From contig MU053792.1 of assembly GCA_013239625.1 (NCBI GenBank), positions 1,258,112-1,322,111 of the forward strand: a stretch of DNA of 64,000 bases, in the 5' to 3' direction. Made by a program: the position numbers and the translations under genes. Every line of letters begins with the position of its first letter. The stretch's first letter is position 1. Shown here piece after piece: positions 51,418 to 62,275 of this stretch. The stretch comes from Lama guanicoe (lineage: Eukaryota). The notes under the pieces were generated by a model that saw only the letters and a program-made list of their open reading frames with translations, made no database searches and was not told where the DNA came from.

Positions 51418-52397
51418 GTATTTATTTTAAAAATTTGATTTCAAAGATATACATTGCATCAGTGAAATAAAGAAATTAATATTTTATTGGCTTTTATATC
51501 AATTTGCAGTCCTTGTGAGTTTGACTTGAGTTCAGTTCCCCCTTCAGATTATTTAAGAATACTATTACTTCTGAGAGATTGGCTATTAGCCTCCTCAAAC
51601 TCATAGCAGAGATTTTCTTCTCATAAAATAGAGAACCTCACTCAGGGGGACTGGCTTGGGCTCTTGGCACAGGGACCTGGGCTGGTTTGGCCCTGCTTCT
51701 GAACTAATGAGCCTTATAGTCTTGGGTGTGTTATTGATGCTCTGAGTTTCTCTGTTCTGAAAAAGGACACTGCCTTGCTGAGCCGTATTGGAGTCTGAGG
51801 CAAAAGGAAACTTCAGTGAGTAATACTGATCCTGCCTTTGTTTAATGTTTTGACTTTGTGGTTTATAATTTAATTTTTGTATCACTTTTGCCATTTAAAA
51901 ATTTATAATAGTTTAAATATTAAAAATTTATTTATCTTTATTACTGAGATTTTTTTGATGCCCCCTTGAATTTGGCACTTGGGGCAAGTGCCTTGCTCAC
52001 CTGGGCTTTGTCCTGGCCCTGGAGGAGGGTGAAGGTGTCGCCTGTCTGGCACAGGGGCTGCCTTGGAGGTGAAGGGAGATGGTCACATGTTGCAACACTT
52101 GCTACAGAAAGTTTAGATTTTGAGAGAGTCGTAAAACCTGATGACTGAAGGTTGTGTGTGAGCCAGTCCTACTTCCCATAGCTTTGATTTGGAAGTTTAT
52201 GCTTTTATTACTGTTTTGTTTTGGAGCGTCCCACGTTTACTGTACAGTTGAGTAGACTACAGCATCCACAATGAGGTGCAATTTGATGGACTTTTCTGGG
52301 AATAGATGACTGATAATTTTGACCCTGACACCACATTACATACTTAAGTAGGGTCAGCGCTACCCGATGATCCAGGTTCCCCCATTACCTCTGTTTT

Positions 52398-52511
52398 AGG
52401 GGGAGGGAGGGTAAGTGATCAGGTTTATTTACTTAATGGAAGTCCTGGGGATTGAACCCAGGACCTCCTGCATGCTAAGCACATGCTCTACCACCTGAGC
52501 TACACCCTCCC
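52398..52511 (-). mobile_element. Camelid tRNA-Ala-derived SINE
   Basis: ctggggattgaacccaggacctcctgcatgctaagcacatgctctaccacctgagctacaccctccc. Confidence 0.88.
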
Positions 52512-53490
52512 TGCTGCTATTCAGAAGCACATTCAGAAGCCCCATTCCTTTGAGGGATTCTTAGAGAATATAGTGCTCCCAAACCGTCCTTTGTAAAAAT
52601 TACTTACATTCCGTTGATACTATACTTCTTACCTGTGCTTTTATATACTAACCTTACTAAGAAATACACTGCTGTAACAATGGAAACTGGGGGGAAAAGG
52701 CATAAGCAGACAGATGTGGGGGAAAAACCCCAATCATAGAGACAGTAAGACAGTAGATCACATTAATGTAAATCTCAGAGGTTAGGTGCTGGCCTCCAGC
52801 TCCCCGTGCCAGTAACTCCGAGGAAAGAGAATTCCAATGAGAAGATTCAGATGAATCCTTTGTCATACAATTGCCTGATAGCAGAAGGGGGCGATGTTTA
52901 AGTTTGGGGATCACAGGCTGTAGTGAAGAGAGGCTGAAAAGAACAGGCATGTAGATGGTCCAAGGGCACTCGGGCTGATTCCAGTAATGCTCTTGTGAAG
53001 TGTGCTCCTCCCAGCTCTCATTAACAAGAAATTGGCTACTATTATTCTTTAAGGTCTGAACAATAAAATACTAACCCCGACATCCTACATTTGTCTTTAA
53101 TATTATGCTACTTCTGTTGTATTTATCTTAACAATTATTTATTGAAAGCTTTACTAGAGGTTATATTTAGGACTAGATCTGCTTTTAGTGAAACAATTTT
53201 AAAGACAGTCATGAATTGGGAAAATTTGATAAGGCTTAGCAAAAAATAGTTCTGCATTTGTATGAATTTTCAATTAAAACAGACCCATCTTTTAAAGTTC
53301 GCTTGCACCCTACTGCTTCTGAGTGTAATATTTTAAATTAATTTTAAGGTCCTCATGAATTTTTGCTAATGATATGACTGTTTTGACTACACTGAACAAA
53401 TTAAATACATGATTAGCTCACTGTTTATAGTTTTTATACAGTAAAAGCAGCCTTCAATAAGAAGTAAATGTAATTTCTGCTTGCTATAAA

Positions 53491-53553
53491 GAAAAATTGT
53501 GCTGAACACTGGAATTTGACACAACATTGTAAAATGATTATAAATCAGTAAAA
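53491..53553 (+). mobile_element. Very short L1 3' terminus
   Basis: gaaaaattgtgctgaacactggaatttgacacaacattgtaaaatgattataaatcagtaaaa; homologous to the other L1 ends in the window. Confidence 0.8.
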
Positions 53554-53574
53554 TACTAATCAATTAAAAGATTT

Positions 53575-54445
53575 TCCCAAAGGGCCTCCACATTGCGCAG
53601 GCGCAGCCTGCCTGGGCCCCGCCCCACGTGCACCACTGGCAGCAAGGGCGGCGGGCAGGACGGGCGGCTCAGGAAGCCCGCTGGGCCCGTGCTGGAGTGG
53701 GGAGCGTCGGGAGCGTCGGCAGTGGCACCAGGGCTGGCTTGGTGGTGGTGATGGTCAAGTCTTGGGTGTAGTCACGTTCTGGCCAGACTGGTGTTCTGAC
53801 CCATAGCCCACGAGGAGCGCGGCCAGGCAGCCGGCAGCCCAGAGGAAGGAGCGGGAGAGTTCCGACATCCAGCCATCGGCGCTGGCGTTTCAGCTAAAAC
53901 TGGTGTCCAGCGCTGCATTTGTCGCTTGGTACCCCACAGCGCGGCCTGGGAGGCTCCGCTGCGCCCGCGGGAGCGCGCCGGGTCCAGGAGGGACCCCAGG
54001 CCTCAGGGTGCGGAGGCGGGGCGCTGGCGATACCAGCTGGGCTTCTACGGGAGGGAGAACAGGGGCGTGGAGAGGACACCGAGGGAAGCTGTTCTTCTCA
54101 GCCACTGTACCATAGCGGAGAAACTGGCAGACCCGGGAAGCTCTTGTATTTGCCCTCAGGATGCCACACTGGACGCGGATGAGCTTTTCTCGTGCCTGAG
54201 GTAGAGAAGGCTCCCACCAAAGCTTGGTTGGAGCAACCTACATGACAGGCGATGACCTCCCCCCCGCCCCCCTGGGCCTGCTGGGCTGTAATTCCGCGGC
54301 CCTACATGACCCAATCCAGGGCTGCGCTGCCCGGACCAGGGTGCCGCTGGGCAGAAGTGGTTTCCAGGCGGTGCAAGAGTTAAGTTTGTGCTGTCCTGCC
54401 GCGTTCCCAAGGTTCTTGCATACTTACCCTTCAGAGGACCGCGTT
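53575..54445. promoter_or_regulatory. Second CpG-rich, promoter-like block inside pseudo-intron 3
   Basis: NRF1 motif tgcgcaggcgca (53594), GC box ccccgcccc (~53617) and E-box cacgtg (~53625). GC-rich against AT-rich flanks. Confidence 0.7.
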
Positions 54446-54585
54446 TTCTTTTTTTTTTTTTTTTGAAGCCAAGTTGTATTATTTTATTTTTTTAACGTTT
54501 TTTATTGATTTATAATCATTTTACAATGTTGTGTCAAATTCCAGTGTTCACAATTTTTCAGTCATTCATGGACATATACACACTC
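54446..54585 (-). mobile_element. Short L1 3' terminus with a double A-tail
   Basis: T-tract, short spacer, second T-tract, then ttttattgatttataatcattttacaatgttgtgtcaaattccagtgttca. Possible TSD cgcg(c)tttt. Confidence 0.8.
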
Positions 54586-57500
54586 GCGCTTTTTTCCCTT
54601 GAAAATCGATTTTGCTGAAGTGACCCTGTGTTAGGACACTCCAGGAAAATGAAGACGTCGTGTGGTGGAGGGGTTTCTGCTCGCTGCACAAGTCTGTGAG
54701 CAGCTGAAACACGGAATGTGGTCTTCTGCCCTCATTCCTGAGCCGCACACCGTCTGTCTCTGTCGCACTTTCCCACCCTGACTTTTCCAGATTTCTTGAG
54801 GTTTCAGCCAGCCATAGCAGCAGCTAGTCAGCGCCAGTGCTGTAGTCAGAGATGATACGAGTTGGGAATCCCTTTGGTCCATTCCCACCTTCACTTTACA
54901 AGTGGAGAATCCGAGACTTAGAAGTGACTTGACAGAAAGGCACAACTGTTTGGCATCAGGGCTGGATTTTGAAATGCCTGTTAGTGTTCTGTCACTGCTC
55001 AGGCTTTAGTAAGGGTGAATGCTGTGTGATGCCCAATCACAAAAATATCCACAAGTGCATCCATGTTTACAGCAAATGGTAGAAGTTAGGTTGTAAAAGC
55101 TGTATTTAATGCTGTTTTCAGCTATTTGTACTTATTTAATCATGCATGTTTACCCTTAAAAAAACCCCTGAGCTTGCTTTGAGGTCTGGTTTGCTTTAAA
55201 GCGCCCCAGAAGATGACTACAAGAATGCTGTATCTTTTTTTTTCCTGGCCCAATCATGAAAGCTTTCCTAAATTCCTAAAGTCTAAGCAGTGGGGTCATT
55301 CTGTACCCTCATGACTATGAACATTTTTTCCATCTACTACACTAGTTGGAGATTTCCTTGGATGTAAACAAGAAACTGATGGTTTTCATTGGTCCGGCCT
55401 ACGGCCAGAAGCACGAGAGTGCAGCCAAGTAAGTGAGGTCCCATCGTCAGCCTTCAAACAATGGAAGGTGGCTCTTCTCTCAGGATACCTCAGAACAGTA
55501 TTTATTTATTAGTGCATGACCATCTGACACCCAGACCAGATGAAGGCACTAGTCAACTTTTATATTTTTAGGTTGGAAATATACTAGAAGTTGTGTTTTC
55601 TTCCCAGATCCTAGTGGGTTATCTTGTTTAAGTGCTCAGATGCACACACCCCACTGTGGAAGCCATTGTTTTAGTTTGCCATCTGGACGTTCAACTTTAG
55701 TCCTCAGATTTTTATTAAATAGTCTTTGTAAGGGGACATTTCACTATTGTTTTAAAACTAGAGACACATTGGCTTATTTTATTTTATTTTATGTGGCATC
55801 TATTGAGCTAGATCAAGGAAGACTTCCAAATTGATTTTCACCATTTCAGAGCAAGGACTGGCATCTATAATACAGTTTTAACATGTATTAAACCTAGTAT
55901 AATATTTAAATAACTTTCAATAAAATTAGAAAATGATTGCAATAAATCAAAGATTATTAGTGAAAAAAGATTTTTTGTACAAAATATGCTAGAAAAATTA
56001 TTTTATTCTCTTTGTTAAGAAATCAACTTAAAATGAGGGAGTGGCTTTTAAAATCAGAATGCCTTTAAAGTTTAAATTTAATTATCAGTATATATTTAAA
56101 TAGAAACTGCCGTTTTAAATTTCTCAATTTTTTTTGAAAGTTATTTAGAATCTCCATTACTTTTGATAACTGGAGTTACTAATGAAGTAAAGTTGGAGAA
56201 ATATTATTTTGTTGCCTCAGTTGCCTTAAGACAGCTGATCTTTCAGAGAAGGGGATATGGTTTTTAATGGCCCAGATTAGAATAAGGAATCCATTTATTG
56301 TCCCTCAAGACCCTTTTTGATAATGCCTCCCTCATGTACTCTGGGTGGAGAATTGTCATCTACTCCAAGAGACACAAAAGAGACTTAGCATAACTAAGAA
56401 TCAACCATGCTCAACTCAGGAGATATCTTGTTAATCAAAGCCCTTGGTACTGTGCACCCCTAGACTCTTGTCCTGCTGCCAGACAGTGTCTGCGGAAGCT
56501 ACATCTTTCCCCAGCCCTGTGGCCTCGGTAATTGTGGCCCCAAGGAGGCAGAAGGCAAGTGACCAGCAGAGATCAGGAGCTTTTACTATCTTCTGGGATC
56601 CTCTCCACTGTGGGACACAGGTTACAACCCATCCAGGTCTGGCACAGAGAGAATCTTTCAGAAGGATTGCTTAACATCCACAGTATTTTCCGTAGTCTCC
56701 TTCTCCTTATGTCCCTCTACTGGTGACAATGGAGGGCCAAGATCTGTACTGACACCCAGGGTCCATGATGACGCCCCCAGCTGTACAGTGGTGCCCCATG
56801 GTTCACAGGGACACCCCAGGTCTACTGTTGTGCCAAGTCCATATTGTCATTTCTGACTTTCCACCCCTAGGATTAGTACTGAGGCTTTGAGGATCCCAAA
56901 TCACCTAAATTTTACATGTGGGGAGGTAAGGTTTCTAACTGGAGGGTCGAAAAAGAGAATTAGGGTAACTGAAAGGAGCAGAAAGATAGTACCATCTCTC
57001 CTGTGTCAACTCCTTAAGGAGGATGGAGTCGGGGACAAAGTGAAATGTTTTGGACACCTTTGTGTTAATTGTGATTCTGTAACTCTTTGGCCTCCCTGTG
57101 GTTAATAGACCTCTTTAGTTTCAGGCCTCTGTGTTGTTAATTTTGACGTATCTTCTATCTACTGTCTGTTCTGGGGTCTCTGTGGCACTAAAAATCATCA
57201 AATTATATACAAATCATAGACATTCCATCAAATACCATTTTTTAAGCATGAATTATTTATCAAATTTGTTCCATATGTAAGTATGTGGTATGCTGGTCCC
57301 TGGCATATGTATTTTTCTACTTACAGTATTCAGGAATCTGTTTAAAGCAATCTGAGGACTGAAGCATCATTTGAGGGAATAGAATATAAGAATGCAAGTT
57401 CCAGGCCAGTTTCTCATCCCTCTAGGGCACACATCTTGGTTCATGTTGAATCCCAAGTGCCTAGAACAACCTGGAGCCAGAAGGTAGTACTAAAACCATT

Positions 57501-57933
57501 ACCAGAGGTCATTTGAAGCTGATGTTACTGGTGGTTTCACCCAAAATTTTATTATGAAAATTTCCAACATCCAAAAAAATGTGAAAGGGTTTCATACTGA
57601 GCACTCCTACAGCACATGCTTACAATTTGACCATACCTGCTCCGTCTCACGCCTGTTCATCTACTCATCTCTTTGTCCATTAATTCATCTTATGTTTAAA
57701 GTGCATTTCCAAGTAAACTGCAGACATCAGTACTTTCTCCCTAACTTTCCTGCTGACCATTTTACAGTTACGTTTCCTTCATTTCCTTTTCCATATTGCT
57801 GTCCTCTTGGTGGCTGCTATTGCTCGAAAATCTCCTCGGAGCTCTCTGTGGACAAATACTATTTGCAAAAAGGAGGCAGAATGTAGTTTCAGAATCTCAG
57901 ATTTATGAATATGAAAATGAACTAAAAGTCAGG

Positions 57934-58330
57934 TGTACTAGTTATCTCTTGTTGTGTAACCTGTTATCCCCAAACTCTGGTGTAAACCAGCTATAAGCTT
58001 GTTTTACTTCTCACAGGTGTTGTAGGTTGGGAATTGGGGAGCCACGTGGTTGCGTGGTTCTGCTTTGGGGCTGTACTCATGGTGTCAGAGCCACGGTCAT
58101 GTGAAGTCTCCCCCATGTGGGCCCTGCCCAGGCTTCATGAGTGTCCCCATCACGTGGTGGCTGACTTCCCCCAGAGCCAGGAATCCAAGGAAGAGAGAAC
58201 CAGGTAGAAGCTGTCCTTTTAATGACGGAGCGTCATTCTGCTTTTGAGAAGCAAGTTCCTAGGGCATTAGGCGCTACCTTTCCAAGGGAGGAGGGTCAGA
58301 GAGGCTTTGGACATACTCGAGAACTACCAT
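57934..58330 (-). mobile_element. MaLR LTR (MLT1 family)
   Basis: tgtactagttatctcttgttgtgtaac...ccccaaact...tctcacagg...; 3' part gtggctgacttcccccagagc. Confidence 0.7.
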
Positions 58331-59081
58331 GTGAAGGCTCTTGTTAGAATAGTGTAGCTCATCCTGGTGTGACTCCACCTGTGATCCGGAGCACCTTCCT
58401 TTACCCTCCCAAGCCCCAGTCTCCCGGTGCATGAACTGATGCGTGTTAGAGCTCCCACCTGAAGGACTGCTGTGAGGTGAGATGACACTGTGTGAGCTGC
58501 TGAGTCTGGCTTCTGGTCTGTTGATGTTAATGTTAGGAAGTGGCATTTCCATTAAGGATAGAGACGGCAAAAAGCGTGGCACCAGCATCCTTACCCAGAC
58601 TCTGACATGATGCTTAAGATACAGGAAGAGACTGCATCATAGAACAGGTAGGAGATCCTGGAAAAGATATGGCAAGAAAACAAATCATGTGCAGCTGTCC
58701 TTTCACCCATGGGCTGCCTCAGGCAGGGCGAGGCGTGGAATAGAGCGCTGAGGGTTGTTAGGTACTCTGACCCACAAGGGCATCAGTGAGGAAGAGTGCG
58801 CTTGGCGTAGGAAATGACAGGGTGACTGCTGGAGAGCCATGGGACGTGCCTCCCGCAGGCCCGGAGCCCTGCGCTTTAACTTGAGAGCTGACTCCAGGTT
58901 GCTGAAAGAAGAAAACAAATTGTTTAACTTTGGCTCCTAGGAGGGGCACGTTTTTCAACATTGCAATTACTTTTGATAATAGCATGTATTTAAAATTTCA
59001 ATCCTAACTTACAATTAACTTACAGTTTTTGAGATAAAATAAGGAGACCTTGATACGTCTGACCCCATTTTTCCCCCACAG

Positions 59082-59302
59082 CTACCTCTGAGCAGTGCCA
59101 ATGAGATTTATGAGCCTCGATGTGCCCAGGGTAAGATTTTATTCTCAAATGATACATGCTTATCACTTGAAACCATGGGAATGACTGTCTTCATTCAAAC
59201 AGACAAGCCCCCGTATAAGCCAAAGCAAGAAGTGAAATTTCGGATTGTTACACTCTTCTCAGATGTTAAGCCTTACAGAACGTCTTTAAATATTCTAATA
59301 AG
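59082..59302 (+). pseudogene. CD109: CD109 pseudo-exon 4
   Basis: cccccacag| LPLSSANEIYEPRCAQGKILFSNDTCLSLETMGMTVFIQTDKPPYKPKQEVKFRIVTLFSDVKPYRTSLNIL. It has a 3-codon deletion and a 1-nt deletion near the end, and the donor reads AG|ATAAGT. Confidence 0.97.
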
Positions 59303-59509
59303 ATAAGTACCAGACAGAAAGGAAGTGAGGAGCTGAAGCTGCCTTCCTGAAACTCTCTTGGAAGTTCTGCTCACGTTACTGGTACTGGGATGTCTTCGAA
59401 TTCACATGGCTGAGCGTCCCTCCCAACATGGGGGTATCTCTCCAGGAAGAGGAATGGTAGGGCACTGGATTGAGAGCTCAGGCTCTGGGGTCCAGTCCTG
59501 GCTTCTTCT

Positions 59510-60090
59510 TTGATTAATTCATTCGTGAAAGATTTATTAAACTAATGTGTCCTAGGTCCAGAAGGGACAGGGCAGTGAACAGAACACACTGAGTCTCTGC
59601 TAACATCGAGCTGTTTATTCCAGTGGGTAGTAGACAGACGATAAATAAGTACATATATATACATATAAAAAGGAATAGGTAGGTACATGTGTGTGTTTGT
59701 GTGTGTGTGTGTGTGTGTTTTGAGAGAGAATGTGTTTACTGTTTTCTGTAGGGTTGTTAGAGAAGCTCTGTTTGAACAGAGACCTCAAGGAACTAAAAGA
59801 ATGAGCCTACACAAACGGGGAATAGCACGTGCAAAGACCCTGAGGGGGGAGCTTGTTAGGTGCATTGGGGGAACCAGCTGGCAGTACACTGGAGCCCAGG
59901 AGGTGAGGGGACAGGTATTAGGAGATGAGATCAGATAATGGGTAGGTTGGTTGGAGGAGTGGTTATGCAAGATCTTCTTGACCATGATACCGAGTTGGGA
60001 GTTTACTTCGAGTGAAATGAGAATTCACTGGAGAGTCCTGAGGAGAGAGGCATAAAGTGATTTGACTTAACATCTTAAAAGGATCACTGC
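59510..60090 (-). mobile_element. L2 3' fragment with an internal (TG)n, followed by a MIR at about 60100-60290
   Basis: attcattc...atttatt..., tttgaacagagacct, gcaaagaccctgagg, ttaaaaggatcact. Confidence 0.8.
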
Positions 60091-62093
60091 TCTAAGAATG
60101 GATTGAGGCTCTGGAATCTGGAGAAGATTAATTCTTTTGGAGCTTCAGTTTCCTTTTTTGTAAAATGTATTATTATAATAATAATGAAAATGCCTCCCAA
60201 AGGTTTTTGTGAGGTTTATGTGAGATGATTCATGTAAAGGATTTTGAATGGTGCCTGGCACATAGTATGCACTCACTGAACATAAGCTGTGGTTAGAATA
60301 GGACCCCTCTCTGGCAGAGAGTCACTGGCCTTTGCTGCTTGAACACTGAGCTCCGGAGGCAGCATGGTTAGCAGACTGAGTTTTCCTGTGAGAACCAAGC
60401 TGAAGACAGCTGAGATCCAGCTGGATCTGGTTTTCTGTGCTTAAGCCGAGGAGAATACTAGACATTTGATGATTACATGGGAATACGGTGACCAGTGCAT
60501 CCCATTTTGCTGAGACTCTCTGAGAACTGAAGTGTACCCCTCAGTCCAATACATTGGTTACCCTAAATGTTCTGACGAATAACACACAATGGAAGATAAG
60601 GTCAGGCTTTTCAGTTCAATTTATTCCCTTCCTTAGTTTCTTTGTTGTTAGAAGACAAACAAACACAAATCTGGCAAAAAACCATGTATATGTGTAACTC
60701 CAAGCCAAGAAATCTGTTGCAGACAAGGCATTGGTTGGCATGCTCAGTGTGTACTTCTTGAATGGAACTGATGTGACTTCAGAGTTTGCAGCTTTGTGAA
60801 TTTCTGCGTGTACTCCACTCTCCGCTGCTCTGTGTTGGAATGAAGTGGGTTGACAGTGAGTAGCATTTCTCAATTCATGTAACTCAGAGCAGGGCTTAGG
60901 GATACCTTCATCCCACCCTCCATCATTTATCCACAGATACTGAGAACTGAGTCTATACCAGAAATTTTATGGAAAATGCAGGATTTAGAATTAAATGTCT
61001 GCTTGTGTCTGGCTGTTTACCTATTCAGTCTGCCTCTGTCTGTCTTAGGTGAACAAAAGTCAGCACTGGGTAAACTGTCTATTTCTAGGCATTAACCTGA
61101 AACTGACCCTGCTGATTCTGGACAGCTGGTCTGTGCATTTTTATATTTTTCCTCCTTCTGCTCTAGCATCTGCCTTTGAAACTTCAGATTTATAGATTCC
61201 TTGGGCTTCTCTCTCTGATTTTGCACTTAGCCTGTCACATTCGGCTTTCCCAGAGGTGCTCAGAGAGACCTTCCTCTTGCTGCTTCTGGTCCTGGGATCC
61301 TGCTGGCCTGGCCGATGTGTGGCTTGCTTGGACAGGGAAGGGAGTTTAGACTGAAACTGCAGCTGAAACGCAGTGTTTGGGACCACTGAATTGAGCATGC
61401 TTGTGGGTGCCTGAACTCCGCTCTCTGTATCCGGGTAGTGAGGTGGGGATGTGAACTCAGGTCCAGCCAACTCCTTGCTTGTAATTTGCAGGGGCCAGGT
61501 CAGACCATTGATGTGAATGCCTGCACACTGCCTGCACTCCTCTACCTGAAAAGTCTTTTGGGCCAGGGTTCGCCGGACTGTGATGTTTTCTACATTTTTC
61601 AGTGTGGGATAGCTGGTTTTTTGGAAAAACTTCCCAGAGAAAAGTGAGCCTTTAGTGTAATGAAAGCTCCTGACTTGGACAGTTACACTTGCCTGCACAG
61701 TACCACCTGCAGGCTAGTGTGGAGTGCATCTTAGAACTACGGGAGACGAAATTTGGGGGACCCATGTTGCCCAAGCCAAGAATGACTGTAGGATGTAGCT
61801 AAAATATTGACCATCAAAGCATGTATCAGGCATGTTCAGTGTTTTATTGGGGGATCATTGAATATTATTCATTTCTCATGCCCTGATAACTGACCTCAGG
61901 AAGCAAAGGGTCTTCAAAGGCCTTTCTATGGTGGAGTAAATCTCTGCCCTAGTTCTGGCTTCCTCTGGCTTGTCTATCCTTACACTGTGTAAACAAGTGC
62001 CTTCAACACCGTGATGGCACTTGGCATGCTGGCTTCTACCCTCACCTCCCTTCCCGAAGAAGGTTATTGCTGTTGGTACAGGTGAATGACCTT

Positions 62094-62275
62094 GTGGGAG
62101 CTGGTGCTGTTGGCTTGAGGTCTGCCCTGTGACTGTGCTCTGACCCTTTGGCCTGGAGCAGTGGTGGCAAACCCAGAACCTCATAGTGGGAGCTGTGCTG
62201 TTGGCTTGAGGTCTGCCCTGTGACTGTGCTCTGACCCTTTGGCCTGGAGCAGTGGTGGCAAACCCAGAACCTCAT
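62094..62275. repeat. Near-perfect ~91-bp tandem duplication
   Basis: 62094-62184 and 62186-62275 differ by a single G. Confidence 0.97.

Larger units (their letters stand above)
42413..59302 (+). pseudogene. CD109: Unprocessed CD109 pseudogene, exons 1-4; may continue beyond the window
   Basis: Four colinear segments match the CD109 N-terminus as recalled (signal peptide, then PRFLVTAPGIIRPG..., GSFKTL..PS, ...FIQTDK..YKPKQEVKFRIVTLFSD). All four carry lesions. Confidence 0.95.

Noticed and set aside
9290..52511. Four tRNA-Ala-like sequences as tRNA genes
   Set aside because: Each has mismatches in the tRNA body and the shared SINE tail, so they are SINE copies.
53491..54560. ~65-bp inverted repeats flanking the GC block, read as DNA-transposon TIRs
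   Set aside because: Both arms are L1 3' termini. The right arm has its own tail and apparent TSD, and CpG-containing sequence continues past it.
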